DNA from: a virus
Lineage: Duplodnaviria > Heunggongvirae > Uroviricota > Caudoviricetes
Direction: 5' to 3' (one strand)
IMG/VR virus record: IMGVR_UViG_3300029849_000005
Span: 19,937-83,936 of that record
Length of the DNA stretch: 64,000 nucleotides
Position 1 is the first letter of the stretch. The number at the start of each line of letters is the position of its first letter. Shown one piece after another: positions 10,746 to 21,093 of this stretch. The position numbers were made by a program, and so were the translations under genes. The notes beneath the pieces are model-generated. The model searched no databases. It saw nothing but the letters and a program-made list of their open reading frames with translations, and had not been told where the DNA came from.

Positions 10746-11754
10746 AAAGCTCGTAATATGCTACACGCCTCAACAATGTAGTAAATTCAGTAAAACCCGA
10801 CAACATATGACCATTATTAACAGGAAACACTCCAGACCTAAAATCCGGAACTGTTGATACCACTAACATATTAGCCTTAAGTGTGGGCTTTGCCTTATAT
10901 TCATTCTCTATGTACAATTTCAGCATCCACATATACATAGCCATTTGCCTAGCATAGTGATACTTATCAAAGCTCTCATGAAACTTAGTGAGATAATGTC
11001 CACTAGTCTTCAAGTCATTGAGAACTAATTCATTCGACTCTGGACTGTATGTAAAATTATCCAACTTAGCTTTTAGTTTGAGAACCTTACTAAGACCATT
11101 ATGCTCAACAAGCACATCTATTAATAGTACAGACTCATTCTTGGAGATTGGCTTCTCTAATAAATAGTCTGGATTCAATAAGGATTGTATTTGTGGATTA
11201 CATTCAACTGATACAATACATTCTCGTAGTTTGTCTCTAGATTTAGCATCAAGATAAATTGGAACCTTATCTGCAACATATTTGCTGCCCCACTCATAAG
11301 CTGTGCGTTGAGCATAATAGTTCTCGCATTTTATGCGCAGAGCATCCATTTTGTCTTCATCCATTTTACCTTTATAATAGCTAATCTTGTCAGACGCTAC
11401 TACTATCTCATCCTTAGTAACAACACCATTAGCTATAAATAAAGGATACAGCTCATCAGCCATGAATCCGGCTTTAGCTGTTGGTCTATCTACAGACTCT
11501 ACAAGAATAAAAGACTCTGGTTGCAGTACTAATTCATGTACTGCCGAACCAAAGTACAGCGAATCGGAGTATCTTCCATCAGCACCCAGTCCTGCTAAAT
11601 AAGCTTCTGGGCTACCTCCTTGTTCTGGGTTTATAAGCTTCAATCTAGAATTACTAATGTAATCAGAATAAGCTTCACTGAAATACTCCTCATCACTTAT
11701 CTCAAGGAACTTGATAGTTTCAATTAGTGGTGTAATTTTAATGTCTTTAAGCAT
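10717..11754 (-). CDS. putative PD-(D/E)XK family nuclease (RecB/YqaJ-like exonuclease)
   Basis: Candidate catalytic triad elements GSAVHE ... IDVLVEH ... LNDLKT (D...D/ExK). 345 aa. Sits in the replication/recombination module. Confidence 0.45.
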   Translation of the reverse strand: MLKDIKITPLIETIKFLEISDEEYFSEAYSDYISNSRLKLINPEQGGSPEAYLAGLGADGRYSDSLYFGSAVHELVLQPESFILVESVDRPTAKAGFMADELYPLFIANGVVTKDEIVVASDKISYYKGKMDEDKMDALRIKCENYYAQRTAYEWGSKYVADKVPIYLDAKSRDKLRECIVSVECNPQIQSLLNPDYLLEKPISKNESVLLIDVLVEHNGLSKVLKLKAKLDNFTYSPESNELVLNDLKTSGHYLTKFHESFDKYHYARQMAMYMWMLKLYIENEYKAKPTLKANMLVVSTVPDFRSGVFPVNNGHMLSGFTEFTTLLRRVAYYELYGYDADGIL

Positions 11755-12250
11755 AACTCCTCATGAATTGATAAGCATCTATAATCTCATCTTTACATAA
11801 GGAGAATACTTTAAACATAGGAAAGTCAATAGTCCTTTCTGTATGCATTAATAATGCAGGCAGTCCAGAACGTTGACATTTTAGTACGTTACTTAAAGAA
11901 TCGTCAATAAAGACATCCACTTTACCTTTAATCATATCAGCCTTATTACCGTGTTGGTAATACATTTGATAGACTGGTCTATCTGGGAATCCATTTCGTC
12001 TTAGCCATTCTTTAGTCCAAGTTTTATTGTTTACACGTTTAGTGCAATATAATTCCGGAACAAAATCAGGTCTGTTAACTACTTTGAGATTTAACCAGAA
12101 GTCTCTGTCCTTATTAAGAATACGTTGTACATTCCTAGTAATCATGCTATCTTCAAGCATACGTGGATTACTAGCTGTATCGAAGTACTCACAGTAAGCA
12201 CCCCAAAAGTCAGCTAGACAATCGTCAATATCTAAACCTATTCTAAACAT
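11747..12250 (-). CDS. HAD-family 5'(3')-deoxyribonucleotidase-like
   Basis: N-terminal DxDxx motif (IGLDIDDCLADFWGAY), as in 5'(3')-deoxyribonucleotidases. 167 aa. Confidence 0.6.
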   Translation of the reverse strand: MFRIGLDIDDCLADFWGAYCEYFDTASNPRMLEDSMITRNVQRILNKDRDFWLNLKVVNRPDFVPELYCTKRVNNKTWTKEWLRRNGFPDRPVYQMYYQHGNKADMIKGKVDVFIDDSLSNVLKCQRSGLPALLMHTERTIDFPMFKVFSLCKDEIIDAYQFMRSYA

Positions 12251-12269
12251 TCATTGTCATCTTGTACGA

Positions 12270-12491
12270 CTAGAACTCTTCTATATCGTATATGTCACCA
12301 ATAATTATCTCTTTGTCTTTAGCCATAGTACCTGCCAGTTCATCATAATCACCTGGAGGGTCTATGTCATAATCTGTAATGAATAAGTCAATAAACTTAT
12401 CCTCAGCTTCTGTAAAGCTTCTAGCTCTTACCTTCTCTAGCCATAAATCACCGTCGTCCAGACTATAACAAGGCAGAATATAAGTGTTCAT
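12270..12491 (-). CDS. hypothetical acidic small protein
   Basis: 73-aa ORF. Confidence 0.35.
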   Translation of the reverse strand: MNTYILPCYSLDDGDLWLEKVRARSFTEAEDKFIDLFITDYDIDPPGDYDELAGTMAKDKEIIIGDIYDIEEF

Positions 12492-12602
12492 CAGCAGATA
12501 TAATAATTAAATGATTCAAGATTTAGTAAGTCAAGATGTGAATATATCAAATTTGCTATAGGATATTCTAATCAAGCATTACTAAACAAAGAAAGCCACA
12601 GA

Positions 12603-12998
12603 TTACTCCGTAGCCTTCTTAATAAGTTCATAAAAGAAATCTTTACTCATCATAACGTATTCTCCGTCAGAGCCCATGTTTACTCCCTTGTCAATCTGCT
12701 TGTTCCAGATTATTACTAAGGGTCTATCTTTACGACCACATGTTTTGATAATTTCAGCAATAGACGGTGTGTTCTTAGTACATTTACATTGTACGTAACA
12801 TGGCAATTTGTCCTCGGTTTCAGCTATGTCAATTTTAGCATCGTCCAGATTCTTGGACTCACTACGAGATGACTTTAGGCCTTTATAACCAAGTCCTATC
12901 AATTCCTTAATAATCTTAAGTTCATAATTATTACCTTTACGTTTAGCATATGCACCGTTACGTTTCTTCTTCGGTTTTACTTCTTCAGTGTTCTCCAT
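12603..12998 (-). CDS. putative endonuclease (restriction-endonuclease-like fold; Holliday-junction resolvase candidate)
   Basis: Basic N-terminus, then E...D...K-like arrangement (YELKI...ESKNLDDAKIDI...QCKC). Position next to the primase. Weak. Confidence 0.35.
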   Translation of the reverse strand: MENTEEVKPKKKRNGAYAKRKGNNYELKIIKELIGLGYKGLKSSRSESKNLDDAKIDIAETEDKLPCYVQCKCTKNTPSIAEIIKTCGRKDRPLVIIWNKQIDKGVNMGSDGEYVMMSKDFFYELIKKATE

Positions 12999-13981
12999 GC
13001 CCTTTCAATTAAATTAAGTGTCTTCTCTCTACCATATTTAGCATGAAAGTCAGATATATCTTTAGCTCCATAAGACCTAGGAATGAAGATGCAGTCTATG
13101 TTAAACTTCTTTCTTATCTGGTTCATGTTATGAATGCCAGGCAAGTCGTTATCATAGAATACAACTATCTTCTTAAATCTTTTACTCAACTTCTCGAATT
13201 GAGATTCAGTTAAGAATAAATTCTCTGAATTAGGAGCTATTGCAGTAATTCCTAAAGAATATAGACACATAACGTCTTTCATACTCTTAGTAACTACTAA
13301 CAAATCGCCTTCTGCCGGAAGCTGATGTGCTCCCTGTAACATGATAGACTTCCAGTTAGATAGAAACCGTGTAGTTCCTCTTTCTCTAAATGGAAAGTAG
13401 ATTCTCCATAACTCAACCCCTTTATCGTTCTTACCACGATAATAGCCAAACATGGGATTCTGTGGACCAGTAGTGGCATAATAACTGCCATTTAAATAGA
13501 CAGCCTTGCAAGAATAGACTCTGAATCTCTTCAGAATCTCCTTAGTAATGCCATATTGTGCCCACCACTGTAGTTCAGATTCAGTGAACTCTTGTACATC
13601 AGCTCTTATAATCGCAGGTCCATCGTCCTTAAATTCAGACTTACTTGCGACTACAGGCTTATTGTTCTTAGGTAACGTTTTATGAGTTATATAGCCAAAG
13701 TCGTTAGCAATTATTTGCAATGCCTTATAATAAGTACAACTATACTTATACATAACCACACTAATGAAATTACCATAGAACTGTCCGCTGAAGTCATTGA
13801 ATATGATGTCTCCAGACGCATTCCTATAAAAGGAACACGTAGGAGAATTATCATTTCTCAACGGAGATTTAAACAACCCTTTCTTAACTGGGATTCCTAG
13901 ATAGTACTCAAGATAAGTTTCCTGAGTCTGCCTTTCAAGTAAATACTTCTTAGTAATTTTAGGTTCATATTCCAATACCAT
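12977..13981 (-). CDS. DNA primase (DnaG-like, zinc-binding plus TOPRIM)
   Basis: TOPRIM-like LLVVTKSMKDV...VVFYDNDLPG (E...DxD). N-terminal Cys/His zinc-binding region (CSFY). 334 aa. Confidence 0.7.
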   Translation of the reverse strand: MVLEYEPKITKKYLLERQTQETYLEYYLGIPVKKGLFKSPLRNDNSPTCSFYRNASGDIIFNDFSGQFYGNFISVVMYKYSCTYYKALQIIANDFGYITHKTLPKNNKPVVASKSEFKDDGPAIIRADVQEFTESELQWWAQYGITKEILKRFRVYSCKAVYLNGSYYATTGPQNPMFGYYRGKNDKGVELWRIYFPFRERGTTRFLSNWKSIMLQGAHQLPAEGDLLVVTKSMKDVMCLYSLGITAIAPNSENLFLTESQFEKLSKRFKKIVVFYDNDLPGIHNMNQIRKKFNIDCIFIPRSYGAKDISDFHAKYGREKTLNLIERAWRTLKK

Positions 13982-14028
13982 ATTATTTCAATGTTTAATG
14001 TTTGAACCTCAAATTTACTAATTAATTA

Positions 14029-14712
14029 TTACACTTCAAAGTCAAGGTCTGCGTTATCTGTGGCTGCATCATTAGATGTTGCAAAATCGTCAGAACTTGT
14101 ACCAGGCATATCAGTAGGGCCGTTACTCTTCTGTTTATTCATCTGACTGATTTCATAGTCAGAGAAGAATACTTTGTCTCCTAACCAGTTGTTAGAGATA
14201 TATGCATCACCTGCTTTACTGATATTGACGAAATAAGGCAGACAAGGTTCGCCTTTCTTATTAGCAATCAGCTTCAGATTAGTATGCTTATTAACTGCAT
14301 CCTTAGTGATGTCGGCAAATGTCTTTACCAATTTCTCAAACTCTTCCGGAAGGGCAAAAGTTTTAGTTTTAAATGCTTCATATTTCTTAGGAGCAAGTTG
14401 TTCTCCAATATGAGCTAACATAAATTTAAACTTCTCAAAGTTGGACGGACTTTCACGTTCAACTCCATTGTTAGAGCTTACTTGTCTTACATCATCTCCC
14501 TCTTTAGGACAGAATACTGTTTCTTCATAAACACCATTCTCATTCTCGAATGAAATTCTCATGGTTTTGTACACTGCGTCAGGGTCTTTCTTACCCTTAA
14601 ACTCATTAAATGTTATTCCCTTGAAGATAACATTGTGGATTTCCCATGGTTTCAGTCTTGGTTTAATAGATGATGTACCGTTCGTGTTTGTTAAGTTGAA
14701 ATTCATTGACAT
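14029..14712 (-). CDS. putative ssDNA-binding protein
   Basis: 227 aa with a strongly acidic C-terminal tail ending DLDFEV, like SSB tails. Sits next to a Sak4-like ATPase. Confidence 0.4.
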   Translation of the reverse strand: MSMNFNLTNTNGTSSIKPRLKPWEIHNVIFKGITFNEFKGKKDPDAVYKTMRISFENENGVYEETVFCPKEGDDVRQVSSNNGVERESPSNFEKFKFMLAHIGEQLAPKKYEAFKTKTFALPEEFEKLVKTFADITKDAVNKHTNLKLIANKKGEPCLPYFVNISKAGDAYISNNWLGDKVFFSDYEISQMNKQKSNGPTDMPGTSSDDFATSNDAATDNADLDFEV

Positions 14713-14724
14713 AGTTTATAAGTA

Positions 14725-15285
14725 TTAAAGTTCAAAAGTTAATGGGTCAATCTCTTTAGCTGACTCATCTCCAATCTCTGTGTCTAACGGCAAATCAATG
14801 TTGTCGCTTTCATCTTCTAATACCTCTATGTTATCTACTTCAGGCTCTTCCGGCCTTTCAGCATTACCAACTAATACGAAGAGGTCGTCTTGACCTTTCA
14901 TCGTAGTTACTGTAAATGTATCTCCATACTGACGTAGCATGTCATTAGCTTTACCTCTACAGCTGACAGACAGACTCTTAGTAAGTTTGTTTCCACCTTT
15001 GGTTCCAAAGGCTTCATCAGTTCCTATAACGGGGAAAGTGATTCCGTCAATTTTCTGATATTTAATACTAAGTCTATCTTCCCAAGCAACTCCCATTAAT
15101 TGGGCAGCTGCTTTATTAAGTATGTACTTGTTAGGGTCTAGGGTAATTTGCGGTTCAGATGTCTCTGGAACCTCTTCCTTGACTGTTCTAGTCTTTACTT
15201 CTTCTTTGACAATTTCCTGCTTTAGAGATTTATACTCTCCAGTAGCTGGGTCAAAGTCCAAAGTTAACAGCATTTTAACTATCAT
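14725..15285 (-). CDS. hypothetical protein with acidic C-terminus
   Basis: 186-aa ORF. Acidic tail (DPLTFEL). Confidence 0.4.
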   Translation of the reverse strand: MIVKMLLTLDFDPATGEYKSLKQEIVKEEVKTRTVKEEVPETSEPQITLDPNKYILNKAAAQLMGVAWEDRLSIKYQKIDGITFPVIGTDEAFGTKGGNKLTKSLSVSCRGKANDMLRQYGDTFTVTTMKGQDDLFVLVGNAERPEEPEVDNIEVLEDESDNIDLPLDTEIGDESAKEIDPLTFEL

Positions 15286-15974
15286 TCTCCGTATTCAAAT
15301 TTATTGATTGTGTCAATCACCATCTTCATATTAGGTTCAACATATAAATCAGGGAAACATCCTGCGGTACTTCTACAAGTATCTGGACCAAGTGACCTTG
15401 TTCTGAATTTATAGTCAACCTCTTCATCATTTACAATCTTCTCTGCATACAGCAAATAATTAAACAGTCCATCTATATTAACAGACCTATCCAACATCTT
15501 TCCAGTAGTAAATAACTTATATTTAGGGTCATAGTCGTTACCGTCATTTACAATATGAGATATGAACACTACAATTAAATCCTCTCTAAGAGTCATAGCC
15601 TTCATTATTAAATCATAATAGTGCTTTGCAAAGTCAATATGCTTATCATATCCTTTCTCCGCACTTCTAGACATCACCTCTTGTGAAAGAAGATAATTAC
15701 TATCGTCAATTACTAAGACCTTAATCTCTGGCATTTTAACATTAACTACATTCATGATGTTCATCACTTTGGCAAATTCATTGCTGAAATACCAATTTCC
15801 AACATAGTTCTTGTCTTTGTCCTGAGTTAGCTTCTTGTAATTCTTCCTAAATCCTGGAATTGATAATTGTTTAGGAGTACAGCTAATGATAAATGTCTCC
15901 TTTGGGTTTAAATACTGTAGGGAACTAGACTTACCACTTCCCGAAAATCCTCCAAGTCCTATAATTTGGCTCAT
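15282..15974 (-). CDS. P-loop ATPase, Sak4-like (RecA-core recombination ATPase) candidate
   Basis: Walker A GGFSGSGKSS at the N-terminus; Walker B-like VLVIDD. ~230 aa, the size of phage Sak4 proteins. Adjacent to the SSB-like gene. Confidence 0.5.
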   Translation of the reverse strand: MSQIIGLGGFSGSGKSSSLQYLNPKETFIISCTPKQLSIPGFRKNYKKLTQDKDKNYVGNWYFSNEFAKVMNIMNVVNVKMPEIKVLVIDDSNYLLSQEVMSRSAEKGYDKHIDFAKHYYDLIMKAMTLREDLIVVFISHIVNDGNDYDPKYKLFTTGKMLDRSVNIDGLFNYLLYAEKIVNDEEVDYKFRTRSLGPDTCRSTAGCFPDLYVEPNMKMVIDTINKFEYGE

Positions 15975-15978
15975 TAAA

Positions 15979-17070
15979 TCATAATGTTATGGTTACGCGT
16001 AAATCATCTTTCTTAGTTCGTTCTATCTCGACTTCCCTGTCTGGGAAATCAATAATAGTCCAATCTGGATTCTTATACTTGTCATAATCATTGATTTCAG
16101 ACGCAGATGGAAGCTCTTTAAAGATACCACATCTACCATAAAATCCTACACCAATGGCTACGTCAGACGCACCAAATCTATTCTTAAGAACCAATAATGA
16201 CCTGAAACCATCCTTTAGCTCTTTAATGCAATATCCTCTATATGTAGACAATTTGCTTCTAAATGGATTAAATAATACCAATACTACATTGGCATCCTCA
16301 CTCGGAGAACCACTCTCTTTTAAATCTGACAAATCAGGTTCTTGCAAGCCTTGTTTTAGTCGTTCTGCATTATTAGCATTTCTATTGAACTGCATAATAT
16401 TGATTGGAGATATCTTACATTTATTTCTAAATGAGACACCATATGCCGATATGGTATCAATCTCCTCTTTCTTGCTACGACCCAACTGTGGTCTCACTAA
16501 GCCTAAGTGGTCAGTAATTACTGCGATAATTTGTTTCGGATTATTAAGTTCATAAGTATCTTCATCAACAAAGGTTCCAAATTTCTTTAAATCCTCTATG
16601 ATTAGAGACTTATACTTCTCTGAATTGAGAGTGCCGTCATGTATTATTAGTCTGTCCTCTATAGATTCTAGCCATGGAATACATTCCTGTACTAACTCAT
16701 AATCCTCATTAGAGAGTGTAGAGTCCTTGCCTCTAGACAATAACTCTTTAAAAGATATTTGTTTACCATATGTCTCATATATATGAAGAGAAAGCAATTT
16801 AGCAAGTAACTGCTCAGCACTCATCTCCAAAGAGAATATAATAAACTGAACATCCTTATCAGAATCAGAGTCCAGTAGAGCCTTATATATAAAGGAGTGA
16901 AGCACGAAACTAGTCTTACCGTTACCAGTTCCTGCGGCAATCAGGTAATAGGTCTCTTGAGTTAATCCGTCAATTATATGCTCCAGCTTAGGCATTCCAA
17001 GTGATAACCCTTGATTGTCACCTTCTCTACCTCTTTTGATAAGTTCGATTAGTCTGCTAGTATATGTCAT
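15979..17070 (-). CDS. DnaB-like replicative helicase (RecA-like C-terminal domain)
   Basis: Walker A AAGTGNGKTS, Walker B IAVITDHLG. 363 aa. Confidence 0.7.
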   Translation of the reverse strand: MTYTSRLIELIKRGREGDNQGLSLGMPKLEHIIDGLTQETYYLIAAGTGNGKTSFVLHSFIYKALLDSDSDKDVQFIIFSLEMSAEQLLAKLLSLHIYETYGKQISFKELLSRGKDSTLSNEDYELVQECIPWLESIEDRLIIHDGTLNSEKYKSLIIEDLKKFGTFVDEDTYELNNPKQIIAVITDHLGLVRPQLGRSKKEEIDTISAYGVSFRNKCKISPINIMQFNRNANNAERLKQGLQEPDLSDLKESGSPSEDANVVLVLFNPFRSKLSTYRGYCIKELKDGFRSLLVLKNRFGASDVAIGVGFYGRCGIFKELPSASEINDYDKYKNPDWTIIDFPDREVEIERTKKDDLRVTITL

Positions 17071-17690
17071 AGTTCCGTCATAGTATCAAACACTAATTCT
17101 TCATATGTTCCATCTTTAAACTTCTCGATGCCTTCCCAAGCCTTAGACATTATAAAGTCAGCAATGTTGACATTTATCAGATTACATTTATTCTGCTTAG
17201 CCCAATTGACTAACTCTATCACTCTTTTATGATTCTCAAGTTTCCACCCTATATTCTTGCCATATCTAAAGAACATATCTTCCAAAGTGTTAAACTTCTT
17301 AGACCAGTTCTTTAAGCTATACTCCCTGCCATTAATAATGACAATATCTGGGTATGCTTCCCAGAACTCTCCTCCCAGGTCTCCGGAATACTTTCTATAA
17401 TTCTTAATGAAGTTCTCATTAAAGATTACAGATTCAGGGTCAAACGTCTGACCCTCCGCGGGAATTTTATACTTCTTAGTAATGACCCCCTTCGCCTGTA
17501 GACTTAATAGTACATCTCTAAGGCGGGTTTTAGTTATTGGCATTCCCAGATAACGAACAAGAGAATCCTTATGTCCTTCTTCTGGTTGTGCCAAGAATAG
17601 CAACTCAATCATTAATAACTCCTCAGCAGTAAGCCTATACTGCTCCATTATTAACAACTGATTCTCTATTGTTAAACTTAATTTCTCCAA
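17067..17690 (-). CDS. hypothetical protein (possible helicase loader or replication initiator)
   Basis: 207 aa. Translationally coupled upstream of the DnaB-like gene. Function inferred from position only. Confidence 0.4.
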   Translation of the reverse strand: MEKLSLTIENQLLIMEQYRLTAEELLMIELLFLAQPEEGHKDSLVRYLGMPITKTRLRDVLLSLQAKGVITKKYKIPAEGQTFDPESVIFNENFIKNYRKYSGDLGGEFWEAYPDIVIINGREYSLKNWSKKFNTLEDMFFRYGKNIGWKLENHKRVIELVNWAKQNKCNLINVNIADFIMSKAWEGIEKFKDGTYEELVFDTMTEL

Positions 17691-17743
17691 GCGTACTGAT
17701 TAATAAGTAAATAACTTACTAATCTATCAGCTGTGATACTTTG

Positions 17744-17968
17744 TTATTCTGATTTCTCAGTGTCCTCAATCACATAAGCTTCGCCTGCTACTTCGTAAGG
17801 AGCTATAAACTCTTTAAAGAGTTCTGTCTGCCTTGCTACCATAGCTTTGACGTCATAGATTCCACCTTCAAATTCAATTTCACCGTTTTCGTTGACACCA
17901 CTAGCATGAATGATACTATCAAACGTGTTAGTAAGCATCACAAGTTCAAGCAATCTTTCAGTTGTCAT
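17744..17968 (-). CDS. hypothetical small protein
   Basis: 74-aa ORF. Confidence 0.3.
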   Translation of the reverse strand: MTTERLLELVMLTNTFDSIIHASGVNENGEIEFEGGIYDVKAMVARQTELFKEFIAPYEVAGEAYVIEDTEKSE

Positions 17969-18028
17969 GTAATTTTGACCGTTAAGGATTACAAAGATAC
18001 GATAATCTTGTTACATTTCAAAACGAAT

Positions 18029-18229
18029 CTACTTAAATTTCAGGCTCGTAATAAGACTCTGCACATCTAGAGGGCTACGCTCTAAATGCACAGACATCAT
18101 GCAAATACGATGCTCTGAATGCTTCTCTAACAGCTCTAATAGCTTAACAGCATTAACATCAGTAGATACTGTTGAAGTTCTATCAGGCTGCCCTTCAGCA
18201 CCTATGTTGCAATATAACACTCTAAACAT
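18029..18229 (-). CDS. hypothetical small protein
   Basis: 66-aa ORF abutting the helicase gene. Confidence 0.3.
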   Translation of the reverse strand: MFRVLYCNIGAEGQPDRTSTVSTDVNAVKLLELLEKHSEHRICMMSVHLERSPLDVQSLITSLKFK

Positions 18230-19503
18230 TAGAACCTAAATATCATTTTAGTTTCTTTGTTCTTCTTAGGAGTAAATTCTCGCTCTTCTAGTAGATTTAA
18301 TAAATCAGAATCGGCTATAGTGATATAATCCTTACTACCAGTACTCTTGCGAAACCATTCTTCTTCAACAGTTCCCTTGATTACTAAAGTAAAGACTTCC
18401 GCTACTTTATTCTCTGCCTTTCTAATAACTCTACCTATTCTCTGCGTTTTAGACGTAGGACTGGAATCATATCCAAGAATAACGGCTACTGACAGTCCTG
18501 GTATGTCAGCTCCTTCATCTAACATCTTAGAAGTATTAAGTACTCCCACAGATGCTGATTTAAACTCCTCTAAAGTCATCCTTCCCTTCTTCTTAGTTTC
18601 CTTACTAGATAGTACCTTACCATACTTGATTTGTTCGGCAATCTTGATTGTCTTACTAAAAGTAATACATTTCTTGTCTTGCCTATGCTCAAGTATCATA
18701 TTTGTAAGTTCTATCTTTTTAGGATGTTCATAAATGAACTTCTTCCTTGCCTGTAAAGTCCTATTGAAACCCATAGCATGAATTAGAATGGTCTTATTAA
18801 GAGCTTTCCATTCATCTGGTTTCTTGTCAAAGTCAGGAAGCATAATTTTAGCTAGCTCAATTCTCTTCTGCCATTTAGTAGCACAAGCCATAGCAAGTGT
18901 AAAATCATGACCGAAGAAAGCAAAATGCTCATAAAACTCTCTATTTAACTCATAGTATTTGTCTAGATTGTCTACTTCTACCATGACTTTGTATTCCCTA
19001 TAAGGAGATAACCAGCCTCTAGCAGTAGCTTCACTAACATCTACTCTATCAACTACTGGACAATACTTCTTGATATAACTATCCTTACCGTCTAGTCGTT
19101 CCATAGTTGCAGTTAAACCTAGAATTATTTTATACTTGACTACTTCAAATACCTTTCCAAACAAGTCGGAAGCATATTTATGACATTCATCAAGTACTAG
19201 CAAATCACATGTCCACTCATGTTTCACAACAGAGTTTATTATTAGTACCTCGTACACCATTGGGACTTGCTGCTCTGTTAAATCACTAAGCCATTGTCTC
19301 TGTAGTGCATCAGTAGGTACTACTATTATAATTCTTCTACCAGGATTCTTAGCCAAGAATCTTTTCATACACATAATGGCAGTTCTAGTCTTACCGAAAC
19401 CGGTACAATAGACTAAAGAACCACGCAACTTATTATCTACCCAACGTTGAACACCAATTGCTTGGCGTTCATCTCTGCTTACGTTTCCGAATAAGTCTGC
19501 CAC
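18229..19503 (-). CDS. SF2 DEXH-box DNA/RNA helicase
   Basis: Motif I CTGFGKTRTA, motif II VLDECHK, motif III LTAT, motif VI QRIGRVIRK. 424 aa. Confidence 0.8.
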   Translation of the reverse strand: MADLFGNVSRDERQAIGVQRWVDNKLRGSLVYCTGFGKTRTAIMCMKRFLAKNPGRRIIIVVPTDALQRQWLSDLTEQQVPMVYEVLIINSVVKHEWTCDLLVLDECHKYASDLFGKVFEVVKYKIILGLTATMERLDGKDSYIKKYCPVVDRVDVSEATARGWLSPYREYKVMVEVDNLDKYYELNREFYEHFAFFGHDFTLAMACATKWQKRIELAKIMLPDFDKKPDEWKALNKTILIHAMGFNRTLQARKKFIYEHPKKIELTNMILEHRQDKKCITFSKTIKIAEQIKYGKVLSSKETKKKGRMTLEEFKSASVGVLNTSKMLDEGADIPGLSVAVILGYDSSPTSKTQRIGRVIRKAENKVAEVFTLVIKGTVEEEWFRKSTGSKDYITIADSDLLNLLEEREFTPKKNKETKMIFRF

Positions 19504-19656
19504 TTGTTATAGGCTAAGCCCTTAATTAATAACTCATTTGAATCTATTACCTTGAACCCTATTATTTAATATTAGTAAATTCTCACAAGTTACGTTAAGC
19601 AGCTTATACCTACTACATAGTAATCTGGATTAACTGTGGTCAGCATCCAGAGTACA

Positions 19657-20499
19657 TTATAAAGTATAGCCTTTAGCATCACATACTAATTTAATTTGGT
19701 TCTTGCGAGTTTCCCACTGAGATATATGGAACTTCACTTCATCTTCCAAAGAATACAAGATTCTATTTCTAAGAACCTTTAATTGGTCAGTAGTTAGTTC
19801 TGTATACTTCTTACTCTTCAAATTAACCATAGAACGAAGCTGTGAATAGCTAAGTCCTTTAGGAGTAACATAAAGAGGCATTGTGGGCTTCAGACCTAGT
19901 CTTTCCTTCGCCACTTCAATCTTATCTCTTATCTGACCTGTCTTAGGGTCTTTCTCCACTAAGTCCTTGCTCTCTTGAGCAGTGAACCATAGACCTTGCT
20001 TGAGAATAAATGTAAGAGTAATGTGTTGTTTGTTGAACTTTCCCAGTCTGTCCAAACAACCTTCGCGTACTGTCTCTGTTGGAATGTCTCCAAACTCTTT
20101 AGGACAGCCGCACATAGTTCCTTCGATTGGATACTCTTTCGGGTCTATACCGTCCTTATTAATATCCAAGAAAGAGACTAAAGCCTCTAGGAACTTAAAC
20201 CTTGGCATATGCTGCTCCTGTTCTAACCAGCGCAAGAACAATTCTGCGTTACAACGCTGACGCTGGTCTTTAATAATGTCCAATAGAACATAACGACCAG
20301 GATAGTCCTTGTTAGTATTATAGAGCATAGAATCACAATGTGCATAGAAATTACGAAGTTCTTCTTCAGTACAATCAACCAAGCGTTTCTCCTCTTGTAC
20401 TAAAGCTCCATTTACTTCTTGCTTACGACCCTTCCAAATGAAAGAGTTGATGTCATTATTCTTTCTATCGATAGCTGATGCCAATTTCTCTCTGAACAT
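19657..20499 (-). CDS. hypothetical protein
   Basis: 280-aa ORF. Confidence 0.45.
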   Translation of the reverse strand: MFREKLASAIDRKNNDINSFIWKGRKQEVNGALVQEEKRLVDCTEEELRNFYAHCDSMLYNTNKDYPGRYVLLDIIKDQRQRCNAELFLRWLEQEQHMPRFKFLEALVSFLDINKDGIDPKEYPIEGTMCGCPKEFGDIPTETVREGCLDRLGKFNKQHITLTFILKQGLWFTAQESKDLVEKDPKTGQIRDKIEVAKERLGLKPTMPLYVTPKGLSYSQLRSMVNLKSKKYTELTTDQLKVLRNRILYSLEDEVKFHISQWETRKNQIKLVCDAKGYTL

Positions 20500-20555
20500 A
20501 GATATATCATATTAATTTTAGATAATGGTCTAATCTCGTTAATTTAGATAATCTT

Positions 20556-20861
20556 TTACAGTATAATCTCACCTTCTGGTGGTTTCTCATAAACAAAGTC
20601 TTCGAAATATATATCGGTATATTTATACTTCTCAAAGGAGTCAGTGATGGGATTATACCATGTGTCTTCCCCTGCATATACTTCCTTACATTTCAAATAC
20701 CCGATGTCACCAACTCTTAAGAATGGACCTTCCCAGTTAGGACATCGGGTACACATTTTATATGTGCCGTTTGACAAATCTTTGAATGCATAGACTATAT
20801 AACCACCAGCATCTTCCTTACTAGCTAGTAATTCAACGCGTATGGTATATTGAATCATCAT
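20556..20861 (-). CDS. hypothetical protein
   Basis: 101-aa ORF. 4-nt overlap with the upstream gene. Confidence 0.4.
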   Translation of the reverse strand: MMIQYTIRVELLASKEDAGGYIVYAFKDLSNGTYKMCTRCPNWEGPFLRVGDIGYLKCKEVYAGEDTWYNPITDSFEKYKYTDIYFEDFVYEKPPEGEIIL

Positions 20862-21064
20862 TCCGAGCCCACCAGCTCATTTTGTCGTTTATTAACCCCA
20901 CCGTCTTTATAATGCACACAACCATACTTGGCGAAATCACAAACACTGCGCTCAATACCTCCGAAACAGGGATATCTAGAACAGTCTTTGCAAGTTCTCT
21001 CGGGATATTTGTACTTTACTCCATCTCTGTCCTTATCAAAACTGTCAGATAGTTTGTTCGCCAT
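20858..21064 (-). CDS. Cys-rich small protein (zinc-ribbon-like)
   Basis: 68 aa with CKDCSRYPC...CDFAKYGC. Confidence 0.4.
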   Translation of the reverse strand: MANKLSDSFDKDRDGVKYKYPERTCKDCSRYPCFGGIERSVCDFAKYGCVHYKDGGVNKRQNELVGSE

Positions 21065-21093
21065 GTTCCGAATAGTAGTTTGCTAAGAATTTG

